Shown here piece after piece: positions 62,648-64,000 of a stretch of DNA of 64,000 bases. Position numbers and translations under genes: made by a program. The stretch is taken from the NCBI GenBank assembly GCA_043797085.1, contig JAZDQA010000008.1, positions 128,001 to 192,000 of the forward strand, written 5' to 3'. Positions within the stretch are counted from its first letter, which is position 1, and each line of letters opens with the position of its first letter. The notes beneath the pieces were generated by a model. That model was given only the letters and a program-made list of their open reading frames with translations, had not been told where the DNA came from and did not search any database. This stretch comes from Pseudomonadota bacterium (lineage in GTDB: Bacteria > Campylobacterota > Campylobacteria > Campylobacterales > Sulfurimonadaceae).

Positions 62648-64000
62648 CTAGCTGATGTTACGCAGCAGTTTTTCTATTGCATCCAGTGGCATTGGCTTGT
62701 GATAGTAGTATCCTTGGATCGAGTCAATGCCGTTCTTACGTAAAAATTCAACTTCTTCTTGGGATTCTGCCCCTTCGGCTAGCACTTGCATATTTAACCC
62801 TTTAGCCAGTGCAATAATCGTTTGAACAATAATCTGATTTTTGGGTTCATGAGTCACATTTCGGACAAAAGATATGTCGATTTTTAGTTTATCGATGGGG
62901 AGATTTTTGAGATAGGAGAGTGAGGAATAACCGGTGCCGAAATCATCGATCGAGATGTAAAATCCTTTACTTTTAATTACCCACAGTAAAGCAATGATTT
63001 TTTCGGGATTTTCTAAAATTGAGCTTTCAGTGATTTCCAGTTCGAGCCACTGCGGATTACAATTTGTTTCCTCTAATATGACCTCTAAGATAGAGATGAA
63101 ATTTGGATGGATTAGTTGACGTGCTGAAACATTTATGGCAATACGTCCCTGCAATATTCCTGCTTCATGCCATCTTGTTGCAGTTTTGCACCCCTCACGA
63201 AGTACAAGTTCCCCAATTTCTAAAATAAGACCTGTATTTTCTGCTACAGGAATAAAGAGTGAAGGAGCGATCATACCAGTGGGACTAAACCACCGTAGTA
63301 ATGCTTCCATGCCGAGTATTTTTTGATTTTTAGGATCAATTTGAGGTTGAAAATAGAGACTAAACTCTCCATTTTGAAGTGCTTTTTTCAAATTAGTGGT
63401 TATAGTAGTTTGTTGGAGGGCTTTTAGTGTCAGGTTTTGAGTGTAAAAACTAAAGGTATTTTTCCCCATTCTTTTTGCATTGTACATAGCCGCATCGGCT
63501 TTTTGGAGAAGTTCTTCAGCGTTATTGGCATCGTTTGGATACATGACAATCCCGATACTTGCCGTGATATAAACATCAGTTTCATCGATGTGGAGAGGAT
63601 GATTGAGTATCTCGATTAGCCGATTCATTGTAAGGTTAATGATATCCTGATTTTTTTGACATGACAGCAGTATGACAAATTCATCGCCTCCGGTATGAAC
63701 AATAAAGGTTTCAGGCGGAAATATTTCCTGCAATAAGGAGGAAACACGAATCAAAAGTTCATCTCCAAATCGGTGACCGTAGGAATCATTAATTTCTTTG
63801 AAGCCATCCAAATCGAGGAAGAAAAGGGCAAAAGGGTGATCTTCCATTTCGAATGTTTTGAGTTGTAGCTTTTCGGTTAAACTGAGGCGATTAGGGAGAT
63901 TGGTGAGGGTGTCGAAGTGTGCTAAACGATCAAATCGTTCTTTGGCTTCAAAAATTTTGATTTCATGCTTTTTTTGTTCGCTGATGTGCTGTGTGTACTC
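62648..64000 (-). CDS. GGDEF-EAL protein, N-terminus beyond window
   Basis: Frame open to 64000 (HFDTLTNLPNR), TGGDEF, MEAL, DDFGTGYSS. Confidence 0.9.
   Translation of the reverse strand, partial: EYTQHISEQKKHEIKIFEAKERFDRLAHFDTLTNLPNRLSLTEKLQLKTFEMEDHPFALFFLDLDGFKEINDSYGHRFGDELLIRVSSLLQEIFPPETFIVHTGGDEFVILLSCQKNQDIINLTMNRLIEILNHPLHIDETDVYITASIGIVMYPNDANNAEELLQKADAAMYNAKRMGKNTFSFYTQNLTLKALQQTTITTNLKKALQNGEFSLYFQPQIDPKNQKILGMEALLRWFSPTGMIAPSLFIPVAENTGLILEIGELVLREGCKTATRWHEAGILQGRIAINVSARQLIHPNFISILEVILEETNCNPQWLELEITESSILENPEKIIALLWVIKSKGFYISIDDFGTGYSSLSYLKNLPIDKLKIDISFVRNVTHEPKNQIIVQTIIALAKGLNMQVLAEGAESQEEVEFLRKNGIDSIQGYYYHKPMPLDAIEKLLRNIS

Overview
64-kb bacterial chromosomal window whose gene content (DUF2603, MqnK-like radical SAM, NifH style) points to a free-living Campylobacterota such as the Sulfuricurvum/Sulfurimonas group (inference). 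It holds a dispersed Mo-nitrogenase region. An accessory block at 0-6.2 kb has a MoxR-type AAA+/VWA pair, a Sel1-Nfu fusion, TOBE, two ferredoxins and nifX. nifS stands alone at 25-26 kb. The core at 31.6-45.4 kb has SIR2-like-clpP-clpX, a NifX-like and a Tpx-like gene, nifB-nifV with accessory genes, and nifH-ORF119-nifD-nifK. nifE and nifN are not in the window. Interspersed are a HEPN-MNT-AbiH cassette, tRNA-Gly(TCC), five GGDEF(/EAL) proteins, a hybrid kinase and a CheB/CheR fusion. At 46-60.5 kb is a stress/dormancy-type island with acs-E1a-E1b-E2-ACP and divergent lipoylation genes plus lpdA. The main unexplained signals are: (1) a 17-nt motif NNGAAY-N5-WTGCAW with sigma54 (-24/-12) spacing but no GG, in front of nifH, nifB, nifS and six further transcription units (two of the nine copies are imperfect), twice as back-to-back pairs exactly 5 nt apart; (2) an unknown ORF between nifH and nifD; (3) several nif-linked proteins that lack their family's catalytic residues; (4) a modular GTAG-REP-like repeat with swapped, covarying hairpins; (5) an internally deleted GNAT remnant missed by the ORF track. 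All calls come from reading motifs by eye; no database searches were run.
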